Assembly (NCBI RefSeq): GCF_006345805.1
Contig: NC_043020.1
Location: forward strand, 24,304,001-24,368,000
Source: Octopus sinensis
Taxonomy: Eukaryota
Length of the DNA: 64,000 bases
Direction: 5' to 3'
Below are positions 26,992-41,384 of the stretch, in pieces. The notes under the pieces were generated by a model that saw only the letters and a list, made by a program, of their open reading frames with translations, was not told where the DNA came from and searched no databases. Numbering within the stretch: the stretch's first letter is position 1; each line of letters opens with the position of its first letter. The translations under genes were made by a program, and so were the position numbers.

Positions 26992-28210
26992 CATATTTCT
27001 ATTTAGTTAAAATATTTTGATTATTACCAAATTATCGATCATGTAGTATTCAGATCAGACGGAGGTCAAGTTCATGTTTTACTCGCCCGGAAATCGATTT
27101 AAAAAAATACCAGTTAAATACTGAAGACCAAATAAATTTTTATTTTCTTTCATCAAATTCCTGGCATTGTTTCTATGCAACGCAATAATATCGAATTGAT
27201 AAGAAAAGCCGTTATTATTGATTATTGATACACGCACACACTCACCTCCACCTTCATACATAACCCCCATCCAAACCATCTGACTATCCATATATGCTGG
27301 AGGTTTAAATTTAGCAAATACGCAATTTTATCTGTAACACCAACATCAGCAACAACAATAGTAACGAGAACGATGATAGAGATGATCATGATGATGATAA
27401 TGATGATAATCCTGGTGATGATAGTGCTGCTGCTGCTTGTTGTTGTTGTTGTTAAGCAACAAGACGGGTAAGGGTGATTAGGTGATGGTCTAGGGCTTAG
27501 GGGCGGGAGACCCCAGACCTTGGAAGAAAAAAAACTTTGGTCGTCTTGTAGTTGAGGGCGCTTCGTTGACGCCCGACACCACAGGGAGGTGGCCCTCGAA
27601 GTCACTGGAAATGGAAATCTCCAGGTCCAAATACTTGAACGGCTGCTGCTGCCGATGATGATGATGAGAGTGATGGTGGTGGTTGTGGCGGTAGTGATCT
27701 TTGTAGTTATTCTTTATTTCTCCTATAAGCAACTACGATCGCCTTTTCCAATCGCTTTCCCAGTAATGTGGTCGGCATGTTGGCTTATGTAATCATTTCT
27801 CTTATGGAGACATGCAACTATGAATAAAAGCGTTCGCATATCTCCCTGTACAACATGTATGTCTTGTCTCTCTACACACACTGACGATGCACGTATAGAG
27901 TAACATATATGCATACTGACATTGTGTGTGTGTAGCTATGACTGTGTATCTACGTAGCTCTGTGTATGTGTGGCTTTTTTCATGTACGTGCTTATTTGTA
28001 CTTGTCGATAAATAGAGACGTACGCCATTTTGATTTTCTTTTTGCATTAATTCATTTATACATTGAATACTTACAAACCCACATCACCGAATTTTTGCAT
28101 GGTGTAAATAAACATACCAAACAACAACAAGAACAACAACAACAACAAAAATAATAATAATAATACTAATGATGATGATGATGATGCTAATGATGGTGAT
28201 AATAATAATA

Positions 28211-28261
<51 letters not shown>

Positions 28262-28647
28262 TAATAATAATGAATGTCGCTTTAGGAAACGATGATTCAT
28301 AATAGCCTATGTTGTTTTGCCATATTGACACGGGGCGAGTGACTTTGAATAACTAATCTGACTTAATATGCTGCTTGTCATAATCCAACCAATAGAGATA
28401 ATTTGTCTCATATGATCCTCTACGCTTTTACATTATTCTTGCCCTCTTATTGATTATCCAAATATATTTTATGCTCACTGAATTATCGGAATAATAAACA
28501 GTATTCTTATGAAATTAGTATGACATATAGTTACTTGTTGTCTGCCTATCTTTTCTGGTTTTACTTAAACTTTCACACATGGATGTGGCTCTGTATGTGT
28601 GTGTGTGTGTATGTCTGTGTGTGTATGCGTGTGTGTATGTATATATA

Positions 28648-28990
28648 GGCGCAGGAGTCGCTGTGTGGTGGCTGTGTGGTAAGTAGCTTACTTATCAACC
28701 ACATGGTTCCTGGTTCAGTCCCACTGCATGGCATCTTGGTCAAGTGTCTTCTACTATAGACTCGGGTCGACTAAAGCCTTGTGAGTGGATTTGGTAGACG
28801 GAAACTGAAAGAAGCCCGTCGTATATATGTATATGTATGTGTGTGTATACGTTCATGTGTCTGTGTTTGTCCCGATAGAATAAGTACTAGGCGTACAAAG
28901 AATAGGTCCTGGGTTTGATTTGCTCGACTAAAGGCGGTGCTACAGCATGGCCGTAGTGAACTGACTGAAACAAGTAAAAGAGTAAAAGAG
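28648..28990 (+). mobile_element. Family B SINE with internal deletion
   Basis: GGCGCAGGAGTCGCTGTGTGG...GGTTCAGTCCCACTGC...AAACAAGTAAAAGAGTAAAAGAG. Confidence 0.88.
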
Positions 28991-29470
28991 CATGTGTCTG
29001 TGTGTGCGCGCGTGCTTGTATAGACATTGATTGTAGCATGCAAATACTGAAGAAGAGCCAAAGGCTGCCGGGAAGAATCGAACTCATATCTAGCCGAAAC
29101 ATAACAAACGTTCTACCTTTGGACCAAAGCAGACGAATCATTTAACGTTTTCTCGAAGTTTCTAAATACATATAACATAAAGAGTATACGCATCTCGCTG
29201 GTAGAAACAAAGCTTCAGAAATAGATTAAAAATTTCGAATTTCGAGTGCTTTGTTCCACTTGTTGATCATCTGTCACATTTAACGAAGATATGGCTTCGA
29301 GATACACGGGAAGCCTTCAATTTTTCGATCCAAAACCGTTTCTAAGCCAATATATAAATGCTATTAATAGCTCTACCAATTTCGAGTTCTACAATTAAAA
29401 ACGATTTACTTCGTTTTCTCGAAGCTTCCAAATTCTTATGATGTAAGTAATATATACATACACACATGCG

Positions 29471-29520
<50 letters not shown>

Positions 29521-30079
29521 GTATATCTACATACACACTATATATATTAATGTTTATTTGTATGTGGAGCTATATAAAAAATTAACTTTAAACTGAAGAA
29601 GTACTCAATACACTTTATTAGAGTACATATGAACTATGACAAGTTTTGGCTTACCAGGCATCATTAGGCAGTAATTTACTTTCTAGCTTCATAAAGCTTT
29701 TGGCTGGGCATCAATTCTAAGTGCGGAGGAATGCAAACGGGAAGTGGGTGCGATGTATGTAGGCATGTGAAATGGTTGTGTAGGAGAGAGAACAGAAAAG
29801 AAGAGGAAGAAAATACAAGGTTACACCTTAAAGTGACATTCAGATTACCTTTAATTGTCTTTAAATTCTGTAAAATTTAGTGTGGATGGTTCAACGAAAT
29901 CTGAAATACTGTTAATGTTGATTATTAATGTGAAGTGAATACTTACTCTTTTCTGCTGCTCTTGTAAATTTTAACTTCCCCTCCATGGGTAACAAAGAAT
30001 GCATTTTTCCGTAGGTGGGCAAAAAATAGACGTCCCCCAATATAATGTGAGCTCTGAAAACCTGTAAGAATCGTATAAA

Positions 30080-30097
30080 ATGTTTATGATGATGATG

Positions 30098-30137
<40 letters not shown>

Positions 30138-30268
30138 CAACAACAGCAACAACAATAATAATAATAATAATAACAACAACAATAATAATAATAATAATAA
30201 CAACAATAATGATAATAATAATAACAACAATATTAATAATAATAATAACAACAATAATAATAATAATG

Positions 30269-30336
<68 letters not shown>
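30080..30336. repeat. (AAT/AAC)n trinucleotide array
   Basis: Directly visible, about 255 bp, abutting a SINE tail. Confidence 0.95.
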
Positions 30337-30337
<1 letters not shown>

Positions 30338-30542
30338 GTTTCAAATTTTGGCAACAATTTTTTGGAGGATATAAGTCAATTATATCAACCCCATTGATCA
30401 AATGGTACCTATTTTATCGACCCCGAAAGGGAATGAAAGGCGAAGTTGACCTCGGCGTAAGTTTAACTCAGAACATGAAAACAGACGAAATACTGCTAAG
30501 CATTTCACCCGGCGTGCTAACGATTCTGCCAGCCCGTTGCCT

Positions 30543-30592
<50 letters not shown>

Positions 30593-30917
30593 ATAACAAC
30601 AATAATACACTAGTTTCAAAATTTTCCAAAACGACAGCAACTTGGGGGTGAGGTGATCGCCAGCTGGCCGCCTTATTTATAATAATAATAAGAAGAATGA
30701 TTCCTTTTATAATAATAATTATAATGATGATGATGATTTCAAACTTCGGCACTAGGCCAGCAATTTTGGGGGAGAAGATTAGTCAATTACATCGATTCCA
30801 TTACTCACCTGGTACCTATCTTATCAATCCCGAAAGGGTGAAAGATAAATGAGACCTCGGCGGAATTTGAACTCAGAACTAAACATTTTCCCAACGCGTT
30901 AATGATTCTGTCAGCTC
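30337..30917 (-). mobile_element. Two family A SINEs (30337-30543, 30736-30917) separated by (TAG)n/(AAT)n
   Basis: Family A motifs in reverse complement. Confidence 0.82.
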
Positions 30918-31437
30918 AATAGAGAAGCTTAATAATATGGCTCCTGATTTATGCAGAAGTCCTGGAATTTTGAGGTTAGACGATTCAGTTGATACTTTCA
31001 ATACGAGAACTTCACTGGTACTGTATTTTCTTGACCCCGGTGGAGTTAATGGGCAAAGTTTCCCTCAGTGAGTTAGAACACAGAATGTAACGAAACTTTT
31101 CTATGCTCTACCGCTTCCACCATCTCATTGTCAAGAATCGTAAGAATTCACGAAGGTTCCATAAATTCTATGCAAAAAGTTTTGCAAAACGTAGAGATGT
31201 ATAAACAAGCAATAAACAGGATTTGCAAAAAAAACCCAGAAAATATTAGGAAAGGTTAAACATTGGGTATATAAAGCAAATAAGAAATATATAATCCATG
31301 TATACAAATTCGAGAAGCTACCACCTAGGAAAGAGCAGGGCACTGACAGCTCCTTGACAAACTGTTTTGTCTCATAAAATCACTGCAGTTTGATTTCACC
31401 TAAGTTTCCTGTGAAGATGTTCGACTTTGGGTGACTC

Positions 31438-31657
31438 TTAACGCTTTAACCGGCCATATGCGATCCAAATGTTCTATCTGTTTAGCGTTCACACAAACCA
31501 GATCTGGCCTGTTACACATGCCCTACAATGTCATTCTCAAAACAAACAATTCCATCACTGAAAATTCAAGGTCTTGAGATAATTCATGACTAATACAGAA
31601 AAACTTGAATAAATAAGCATTAGATTTGTCAGAATAATGCGAATGCTAAAAGTTTAA
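31438..31657 (-). mobile_element. piggyBac-like MITE with TTAA ends
   Basis: Ends TTAACGCTTTA... and ...AATGCTAAAAGTTTAA; homologous to 24913-25140. Confidence 0.55.
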
Positions 31658-32094
31658 AGTCTTACACGGTCTATGAGTAATTCTGCGTTAATCTGATCTG
31701 CATGTTATTTTAACAAATATCTTGTGAATTTGTCTTCGGTATAATCAGCGACTGTCTCACCAATCAGCGTCGTAGGTAAACTCGCTATCCTTTGGTTTCT
31801 TTAGAATTTCTAATTTATTTTTCGCTACTGATTCGCTCAATCGTTGGGTCCAAACATCTCACCAATGCCGCCGGAATTCTACATAGTCATTAGAACACCC
31901 TTACGTCGGAAAAGTTGGTCAGGAATATGATTCACTAATGAGGTCACAATAAGGCCGGAAGAGATTTCTCAGCATTTCTAACTAAATTATTCAAATACTA
32001 ATATTATAGCTACAGACTAATATCATAGTCAAGTTATACCATTAGTCATTGACAAATTATGACAAAATAACAACATTGCTCGTTAGTTTAGTTC

Positions 32095-32225
32095 TTCTTC
32101 TTCTTCTTCTTCTTCTTCTTCTTCTTCTTCTTCTTCTTCTTCTTCTTCTTCTTCTTCTTCTTCTTCTTCTTCTTCTTCTTCTTCCTTCTTCTTCTTCCTC
32201 TTCTTCTTCTTCTTCTCCTTCTTCT
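32095..32225. repeat. (CTT)n trinucleotide array
   Basis: Directly visible. Confidence 0.95.
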
Positions 32226-32866
32226 ACTAATATCGTTACTTCAAGTTATATTTGTGTCACACTAAACTAAACTATTATTATTATTATTATTATATTTTTT
32301 GGGGGAAGAGATATAATGTTCCAGATTAGCTTACTCACAGAAGAGAAAATATCACTCGAAACTAAGTGCAGAGTCATACGGCATATACACACACATATAT
32401 ACACCATTACACACGAACATGCCTACAGGTGTGTGTGTGTGTGCGTGTGTGTACAGACACATCCATGCAACATTTGGTAAATGCAATCCTCTTTGGTTTG
32501 TGATGGAACTAAAGAAATGACTTGAAGAAAAATTGGGAATGAACAGCAGAAAGAAAGAAATCTAATAGAGGAGATTCATAACAGAAAATGAGTATGGCTT
32601 CTCTGTGAGTTAATCAACGGGAATAAATGTGTACAGATTATATATATACACACTCACACATACACACACCTGCGTGTATATATATGTATATATATATACA
32701 CAAATGCATATAAATGCTTATATATACACACGCGTATATACGTGTATATATATGCATATAAATTTATATACACAATATACGTACGTATACTTTCTTCTTT
32801 TACATGTAGTTATATATATATGTATGATTATATACAAACGTCTACATAATCTATGGGTAGACATAC

Positions 32867-32903
<37 letters not shown>

Positions 32904-33013
32904 TATATATATATATAGACAAATGATATATGTATATACATATATGTGTGCATATATAATATGTTTGTGTGTGTGAGTGTGTATAATAGTCTATATATAT
33001 ATTGGTATATACT

Positions 33014-33066
<53 letters not shown>

Positions 33067-33107
33067 TCTATATATGTGTGCGTGAGTATGTAGTATAAGA
33101 TATAGTC

Positions 33108-33142
<35 letters not shown>

Positions 33143-33772
33143 TATTACAGATATCCAGTTATCCATACATAGCCTGTGTATGTGTGTATGTGAATATATA
33201 TTTTTTTGTGTGTGTGTATGTGTAAGACATACACACTTATACTTCGTGCATACATATCATACGTCTGTGTTTGTATATCTGAGTACACATGCAAAAAAAA
33301 CATACAAACCTACAAATTTATAAAACAAAAGCCACCACTATACCACCAGCACAGCAGAAGACAAAAGTTGTATAAAAAAAAAACGAAGCAGAAAAAATCA
33401 AATAATTTTCTCCATTATATATTATCCATTATCTTTTTTTCTGTTTTCAAAAGTTTTATTCAATTTTCTACTTAAAATTCTCTCCAACTTGTAAAGATTC
33501 CCCAATGCTTTATCTTAGCATTTTAATCAAAATAGGAAAATTAGGTGTACTGAAGTAAAGCGAAACGCAACGGAGGAGAAATGGAAGGAGAGAGTGTAGC
33601 ATTCGGAACGAGGCTTTTTATAAACATATTCATGCACATACACACACACACACATTGTATATCATATATGTGTATGTACAGCTCTACAGGTTTCGATCGT
33701 TTTTTCTTTAGTACAATGTCCTCCATATCTCTTTACATTTACTGTCTCTGAGCGTGTATGTTTGTATTATAT

Positions 33773-33831
<59 letters not shown>

Positions 33832-34090
33832 CAACTGTGTGTGATTGTATCTCCCAAAGTCAGAGATACTTGTACACACACACACATACACACACAACAC
33901 ACACAACGCATGTATATGTATGTATGTGAAAATAAGAAGGTGAAATAAGTAAATGCATATAAATTATGTGTGTGTGTGTGTGTATGTGTGTGTGTGTATT
34001 TGTGTGTGTGTATTTGTGTGTAGTGCACTGTCTCGTGATGGTAAGATCAACAAAAAAAGTATTCCATCTGGTGACGAATAAATGTTATTT

Positions 34091-34280
34091 AATAAACACA
34101 ATATATGTTTTTATGTACTGCTATTAGTTTCGTGTGCGGAGAACATGCCAGATATTTTTACACGTCTGGTGTCGTCGCGCAATCCTCAGGCACTACGACG
34201 TGGGCAGTGACTGATGAATGTACTAGGACACCAGACATGTTGGAAAATACTGTCTCGCATGCTCTCCGCGACAGGAGACA
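34091..34280 (+). mobile_element. Short structured repeat with degenerate hammerhead-like core, probably PLE pseudo-LTR derived
   Basis: 13-bp inverted repeat GCGGAGAACATGC/GCATGCTCTCCGC encloses CTGATGA (34211-34217); (TA)n on the right. Confidence 0.45.
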
Positions 34281-34295
34281 TATATGTGTTTATAA

Positions 34296-34382
<87 letters not shown>

Positions 34383-34629
34383 ATGTATATGGAGTTGTTC
34401 GTACCATGCAGAAACTGCAGAACCTAAGTAGAGACGTTGTAAACTCTTTTAGTCATTGGTGAATAAAAGAGCTACATTGGTGTGGACCCTACGAGGATTC
34501 TACTGAAACCGAATCTAATACAAAAATGGTAGAATATTTTTATACCCTGTTGTATTTCGTTCAAATTTCACATATTGTTGAAATAATTCTTCAATAGTAT
34601 TTTTTCCATTTCTTTTTGACTGCGTCTAA

Positions 34630-35580
34630 AAAAATAGTTTTCCAAGCGGAGGTAATGTGTCGTTATCGAGTTCTTGAAGAATAAGATGTGCAGGTTGTCC
34701 AACAATTGCAGAAGGCTGCGGACTGCTTACGCAGACGATATCGTTCACAAATGCAATCGTGCCCTGATAAATGAAGAAGTGGAAACCAGTGTTGAAAAGA
34801 AACGACGCAGCGAGAGCTTGATTTGCGGTCCCTGACACCGATCGCTAGCAAGTGAACGAAGCTACAACCCTCGCCTTACTGCACAACTGGATTGGAGTCA
34901 GAATGCATTGCAGATGGTAAAAGATGAGAATAGGAAAGTGTGCAATATAAATGCCTCAGTAATTGATAAAAGCCAACACCCGAGTTGAAGGAGAAAAGGA
35001 CGAAAGGAGATTCAGATCTGCTAGAATCATTTGAAGCGAATGAAAAAGTTTTTCTCCGATCTGGCAACAGAGGATGATTCGTGGGCATATCTGCAAATGA
35101 AGGCTCGGTCTATGGAATGGTGTCACCCATCTTGTCCAAAGTCTCAGAGATACAAGTACTAGGAATTAGCAAACAGCCATTGTGATTGCTTTGACGGATG
35201 ACAGATGTATCTTTCTTACTAGTTTTCTGGTACGCGACTCAGCAACTGGTACATTGAAACAGTCAAATCGCTTAGGGACGACTTTACAAGGATGAGACCG
35301 AACAAGGATCTTGCAACGATCCCCCTTCAATGTAATGACAATGCATGACATATCAGTCCAGATTTGGTGCTCTTTAACTTGCATATGTTCAGTTCAACGA
35401 AGGGCAGTCTTTGGAGACAAGGATTTGGTAACACAGATGAAGTGAAAGGGAAGAAAAAAGATACAAGAGTTTACATCTAAACTATTGCAAAAAGGGTTCA
35501 CGAATGGGGTTCAGCGATGGCACAAATGTATCACTGGCAACGTACCTTTGTATACGAGAGTTATTACACCACAATTTGCG
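34630..35580 (+). pseudogene. Degenerate non-LTR reverse transcriptase fragment (possibly L1/Tx1 clade)
   Basis: TAYADDIV at 34722-34745 (YADD 34728-34739) followed by long interrupted reading frames; clade assignment weak. Confidence 0.45.
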
Positions 35581-35645
35581 ATTTGAATGACTTTTGTTAA
35601 TCAAAGAGCTAAGGCAATTTTATAATTGGTATAAATTTCGGTAGT

Positions 35646-35972
35646 GAAGGCACGTGGATTGGTGGTTAGCGTATTCGGGTGACGATCGTAACGTTGTGAG
35701 TTCAGTTCCTGGTCACGCGGGTGTCCTTGAGCAAGATACTTTATTTCACGTTGCTCCAGTCTATTCAGCTGGCAAAAATGAGTTGTACATGTAATTCAAA
35801 AGGGGCCAGCCTTGTCACACTGTGTTTCACGCTGCATCTCCCCGAGAACTACTTTAAGGGGTACACGTGTCTCTGAAACACTCAGCCACTTGCATGTTAA
35901 TCTCACGAATAGGCTTTTCCATTGACCGGATCAACTGGTATGCTCATCATCGCCGTAACCGACGGGGTGCCA
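35646..35972 (+). mobile_element. Family C SINE, full length
   Basis: Colinear with 15643-15961. Confidence 0.85.
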
Positions 35973-36239
35973 CATGTCTGTAGAAGGTTCGTAATATGAC
36001 ATTTGTTCCTCACAAGTGGATTTTGGGAATTTAACTGAAGACGCGGTGTTCGAATTATTAGTTACGTGTCAATATCAGTAAGCTTCACAACGCAAAACAC
36101 ACACACACAAAGACACACACACACACACACACAAAGACACGCACACACACACACACACACACAAAGACACACACACACACACACAAAGACACACACACAT
36201 ATACATGAACAGATTTATATATATAGAGAGATATATATA

Positions 36240-36392
36240 GCGTGGCTGTGTGATAAGAAGCTGGCTTCCCAACATGTTTCTGGGTTCAGTCCCACTGCGT
36301 GGCACCTTGGGCAAGTGTCTTCTACTATAGCCTCGGGTCTACCAAAGCCTTATGAGTGGATTCTGGTACACGAAAACTGAAAGAAGCCCGTC
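36240..36392 (+). mobile_element. Family B SINE, 5' half
   Basis: GCGTGGCTGTGTGATAAGAAGC...GGTTCAGTCCCACTGCGTGGCACCTTGGGCAAGTG. Confidence 0.85.
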
Positions 36393-36756
36393 GCATATAT
36401 ACATGTATGTGTGTGTTTGTGTGTGTGTGTGTGGAGGTATATAGGCATATATATATAGATACATATATATAGATATATATGTATACTATAAGTATGACAA
36501 GAGATTCTTAATTATGAGAAAGATGCAAATATTAAAAGAGTTCGCTTCATAATGTATTTAATTAGCAGTACAATTAAATAACAATTATATATTATATATT
36601 ATAAATAACAATTATATATTAGATGCATGTGGTGTGTGTCGTTTTGTCTATGAACCTAGCTGATCTTATATAATCAAAACAAAATTATTGTATATATATG
36701 TGTGTATGTACGTGTTTATTCACATATATATTACACAATGATACATGTGTATAAAT

Positions 36757-36787
<31 letters not shown>

Positions 36788-36901
36788 TAATACGCCTGTT
36801 TGCATGTGCACGTTTGTCTATCTATGAATTATGTATATGTACGAACAAACACCCTCTCATAGACGTGTATATATATGTGCATATGTGTTTGTGTGCGTGG
36901 T

Positions 36902-36943
<42 letters not shown>

Positions 36944-38182
36944 GAGTGTGTGCGTGTGTGTGTGTGTGTGTGTTTGGTGAGTTTGGCTGTAAGGTACTCT
37001 GCTGCGGTTTGATAATAAGAGCTCTCTTGAAATTTACCATTTTCCCGACATCACCTCTCCTACACCAACACACTCTCACACTTACTCTCCCTCCCTGACA
37101 CTTATTCTCCTTTTTTTCCTCTCCCATCATTACTGCCCCTCCCCTCTCTTCCACTGGCACTCGCTGTTACTTCCTCTCGCTCTCTCTGTCCTTCCATATA
37201 TTTAGTTCTGCGATAACATTATAAAAGTCGCAACACATCAGCGGGAATTGTCATCGTTTGTTGAAGACTTACAAGTGAGATTATTTGCTTGAGTGGAATT
37301 ACTGAACACACACAAACACACACATTGACATTACGACGCAAAAGCACATAAGGACAATAACACACGTACACACACACACACTCTCCTCTCTTTCTCTATC
37401 TGTGTATACACACACACATATATACGTTATATACGCGTATTCGTATTTGTACATACACACACACATTATGTATTTAGGTGTTTATATAAATGTGTATGTA
37501 TGTGTGTATGTGTGTATGTGTGACTGTGTGTGTGTGTGTGTGTGTGTGTGTGCTACGAGCTTTGTAACTGTTTGTGATGGCAGGAAGAGCATTCTAACGT
37601 ATATTTTCATTAATAATACTCTCCTATCAGCTTAATATAAAACAATTAAAACGCACCACACACACAGAGCCTATATGCACACGCACAAACACGTTTATTT
37701 CACACATGCGCACAAACACACACGCTAACACTTTGTTGACATTCGTAGACATAGTCACTTACCCCACCACACACACACACACACACATAAACAGACATAC
37801 GTGTCGATGGTGGCAGCGATGGCATTGTTGCTGTTGGTGGTGGTGGTGGTGGTGATGATGATAATGATGATGATGATGGTAGGTGTAGCGGCGGTGGTGA
37901 AGGTATAATGACAATCCTTGCAGTAATAACGATGGATGTGGTTGTGGTATCAGTACCAGTGGTTGTGATTGTAGCACTGACAGTATTGGTGGTAGTAGTG
38001 GTGGTAGCAGCGACAATAAGGGTTGTGTAGTAGTAGAGGTTGTTGTTGTTGTTATGGTTGTAGTGATTGCTGTTGATGGTGTTTATCTGAGGTATGGCCT
38101 AATACAGAAGACCTCTACTCAAAAGTAATCCACCTGTGACCATCCCATCTTTTTAAAGAGCGGTTTTATGTATCTTATCATT

Positions 38183-38394
38183 GAGCTGACACAATCGGTA
38201 GCGCGCCGGGAAAAATGCTTAGCAGCTTTTCGTCCACCTTTAGACGTTCTGAGTTCCATTTCCGTCGAGGTCTACTTTGCCCCTTTCATCTTTCCGGGGT
38301 CGATAAATTAAGTATCAGTGAAACACTGGGGGTCAATGTAATCGACTCACCCCCTACTCCCCAAAATTGCTGCCCTTGTGGAAAAATCTGAAGC
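38183..38394 (+). mobile_element. Family A SINE
   Basis: Family A motifs, followed by (ATC/ATT)n. Confidence 0.82.
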
Positions 38395-38459
38395 TATTAT
38401 CATCATCATCATCATCATCTTCATCATCATCACCACCACTATTATTACTATTATTACTA

Positions 38460-38523
<64 letters not shown>

Positions 38524-38869
38524 CACCATCATCATCATCACCATTATTATTACTATTATCATTATTATTATTATCATTATCATTATTATCATTATCATTA
38601 TTATCATCATTATCATCTTTTTCATCATCATTATTATTATTATTTATTATTATTATTATTATAGACGTCGCAAAGTATACAGTATCGTGAGGTTGTTGAT
38701 TGAAGCTATTGTGTCTACCGGTAGTTTGTACTGTCTGTCAAGTCACAAGCATTTTGGAGATGATAGGGTTCGATCTGAGGGTGATATGACTGCTATTTCT
38801 AGTAAAACGTCTGCCCACCCAGAAGTCACTCACCAGCGTCTGTAGGAACAGTAACATCGGTGGAGATTC

Positions 38870-38894
38870 GGTGGTGGTGGTGGTGGTGGTGGTG

Positions 38895-38926
<32 letters not shown>

Positions 38927-39850
38927 CACTGTGTTGGCTACGTGGCCGGAGTCGTGTCACTGGTGATCGTGGTTGTGATGTTGGTGGTATCGGTTGTTGT
39001 AGTTGTGGTGATGGAGGTGGTGGTGGTAGTAGTCTTGGTAGTTTTAAAAGTGGTAGCTATGGTGATAGTAGCGAATAAAAACGATGATGTTGGTGTTCTC
39101 GTTGGTGGTGGTCACGTTGATAGTGTTGTTGGAAATGCTAATGGTAGTGGTGGTAGTTGCAAAGTAATGTAAAAGTAATGAGAGTGGTGGTGGTGGTCTT
39201 TGTGTTGGTAGCGGTGGGCGTTTTATTGCTGGTGGTGGTGACGGCAGAAGTTGTACTAATGACGCTGGTACGTTTGTAGTGGCGATGGTGGTAGTGAAGG
39301 TGATATTTTTTGTTTTGGGGGTGGTAGTGGTGGTAGTGGTGTTTGTGGTTGTCATGTGGTGGTTGCAGTGGTGGTGTTGGTAGCAGTGGTAGTGGTAGCA
39401 GTGGTGGTGGTTGCAGTGGCGGTGGTTGCGGTGATGGTGGTTGCTGTGGTGGTGGTGATTGCAGAGGTGGTGGTTGGGGTGGTGGTGGTTACTGTGGTGG
39501 TGATTGCAGAGGAGGTGGTTGCTGATGGTGGTGCTTGCGATCGTTGTTGTGGTGGTGGTGGTGATGGTTGTCATGATTGTGTTGGTGGTACTTTTGTTTG
39601 TTGTTGTTGTTGTAGTGAGAGTGTAAGTGGTGGTGGTGCTTGTGGTTGTCGTGATGGTGGTGTTGGTCATGGCTTTCATTTTCGTGGGGGTGGATGCTGG
39701 CTGCATTAATGATTGTAGTCGTAGGTGCATTTGTCACTGTGGCGGTCGTAGTGGTGGTCATATTTATAGAGAAAGCGCTGATGATAATAAGAGTGTTGGC
39801 AAAGTTAATATTGTAGTTGTGGTTGTTGTAGTAATAGCAGTAGTAGTAAC
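38870..39850. repeat. Degenerate (GGT/GTT/AGT)n low-complexity tract
   Basis: Directly visible; generates poly-V/G/H/T ORFs. Confidence 0.85.
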
Positions 39851-40266
39851 GTAAATATTACGTGAGAACATTGTAGTATGGGCTCTAGTAGGCGTGGTAT
39901 TAGATTCAATGATAACGCTGTTAGTTTCAATAAAAGTGATGAAGAAGCGAAAGAGAAGGAGGGGGGAGAGAGAGGGGTTTGCTTATTCTTTTTCTCTTGT
40001 TTTCTTTTTTCTTTTTCTCTTTCCCCCCCTAACGAAAAATTTCGAGAAGCACAAACTGACAGATAAAGATTATCCTAATCTCTTAGTGTGTTGTAATGGC
40101 GGATAAGGAAACACACTGCAAAGAGATAAGCAATTATAAGGTTTCCCTGCCTGGCACTGATCTCCTTCAAACACGCAGTTAATCAAAACACACCCCTCTC
40201 TCATTCTCTCAGTGTCTACGCGTGTGTATATATGTATGTATATATATATATATGTATATATATATT

Positions 40267-40303
<37 letters not shown>

Positions 40304-40490
40304 GTTTATATGTGTTATATATATAGGGTGTGTTATGTCTGTGTCACATTGGTCGTTGTTTATACATTCCCATACACAAACTTATGTCATCTAACACACC
40401 TGTGAATATATTTCTATCAATATAACCATTTACATATTCACACACACCACACACGTGCCCGCCCTCTCCATAATATACATATATACATAA

Positions 40491-40521
<31 letters not shown>

Positions 40522-41344
40522 CATGTGTATATATATGTATGTGTGTGTATGTATGTATGTATGTATGTATATATATGTAATATATATATATATAATATAT
40601 AATATATATATAATATATATTATATATATAATTATATATATATATATATATAGCTATGCACGTATATTTAATACATCATATACAGGTGAGTACACGATGC
40701 ACATACATGCATACACTCACACAGATACATATTTATATATATATATACACACACATATAGACATGAATGCTTGTATGAGTTGAAGGTGTTGGGAAAGGGA
40801 TGAGGGATGATGTCTTATATAAGCATATGTAAGGAAGGGAAAGTAAGAGTAGAGGATTGAATGCAATTGTGGAGGGTGGTGGAGGGTGCGGCCAGGGTTT
40901 TAATGTCAGGGTTGTGACGTGGGGTGGGGGCCATCCTCACCATTTTACTCGACACCTGTTATCTTCCGAGAAAATTCCAACGGAAGAACTTGCTGAAATC
41001 TTTCCATAATGATGACGTCACAAAACAGGCACAGCAGCAGCAGCAGCAGATGTAGCTATACGATCAATAGGAAAGCCTATAAGGTAGTTGAAAGAAGTGC
41101 TAGAAATAGTAGACACATCTCCCTCAATTTCACACCTGTCTTTCTTATATAAGAATGGAATAGTTTTATACTGTTGCTTGTTTTAATCATTAGACTGCGG
41201 CCATGCTGCAGCAACGCCTTATGTTATTTAATTCATCAAATCGTTCTCAGAAAAAGTTTAGTTATAAGTCTGTAAGTGGCAAATGTGAAAATTGGCGAGA
41301 CAAGAGTGGACAAACACACATATGGAGAGAGAGAGGGAGAGAGA

Positions 41345-41384
<40 letters not shown>

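Noticed and set aside
37215-37285. TATAAAAG followed by a possible donor site
   Set aside because: A single motif in AT-rich DNA with no corroborating evidence.
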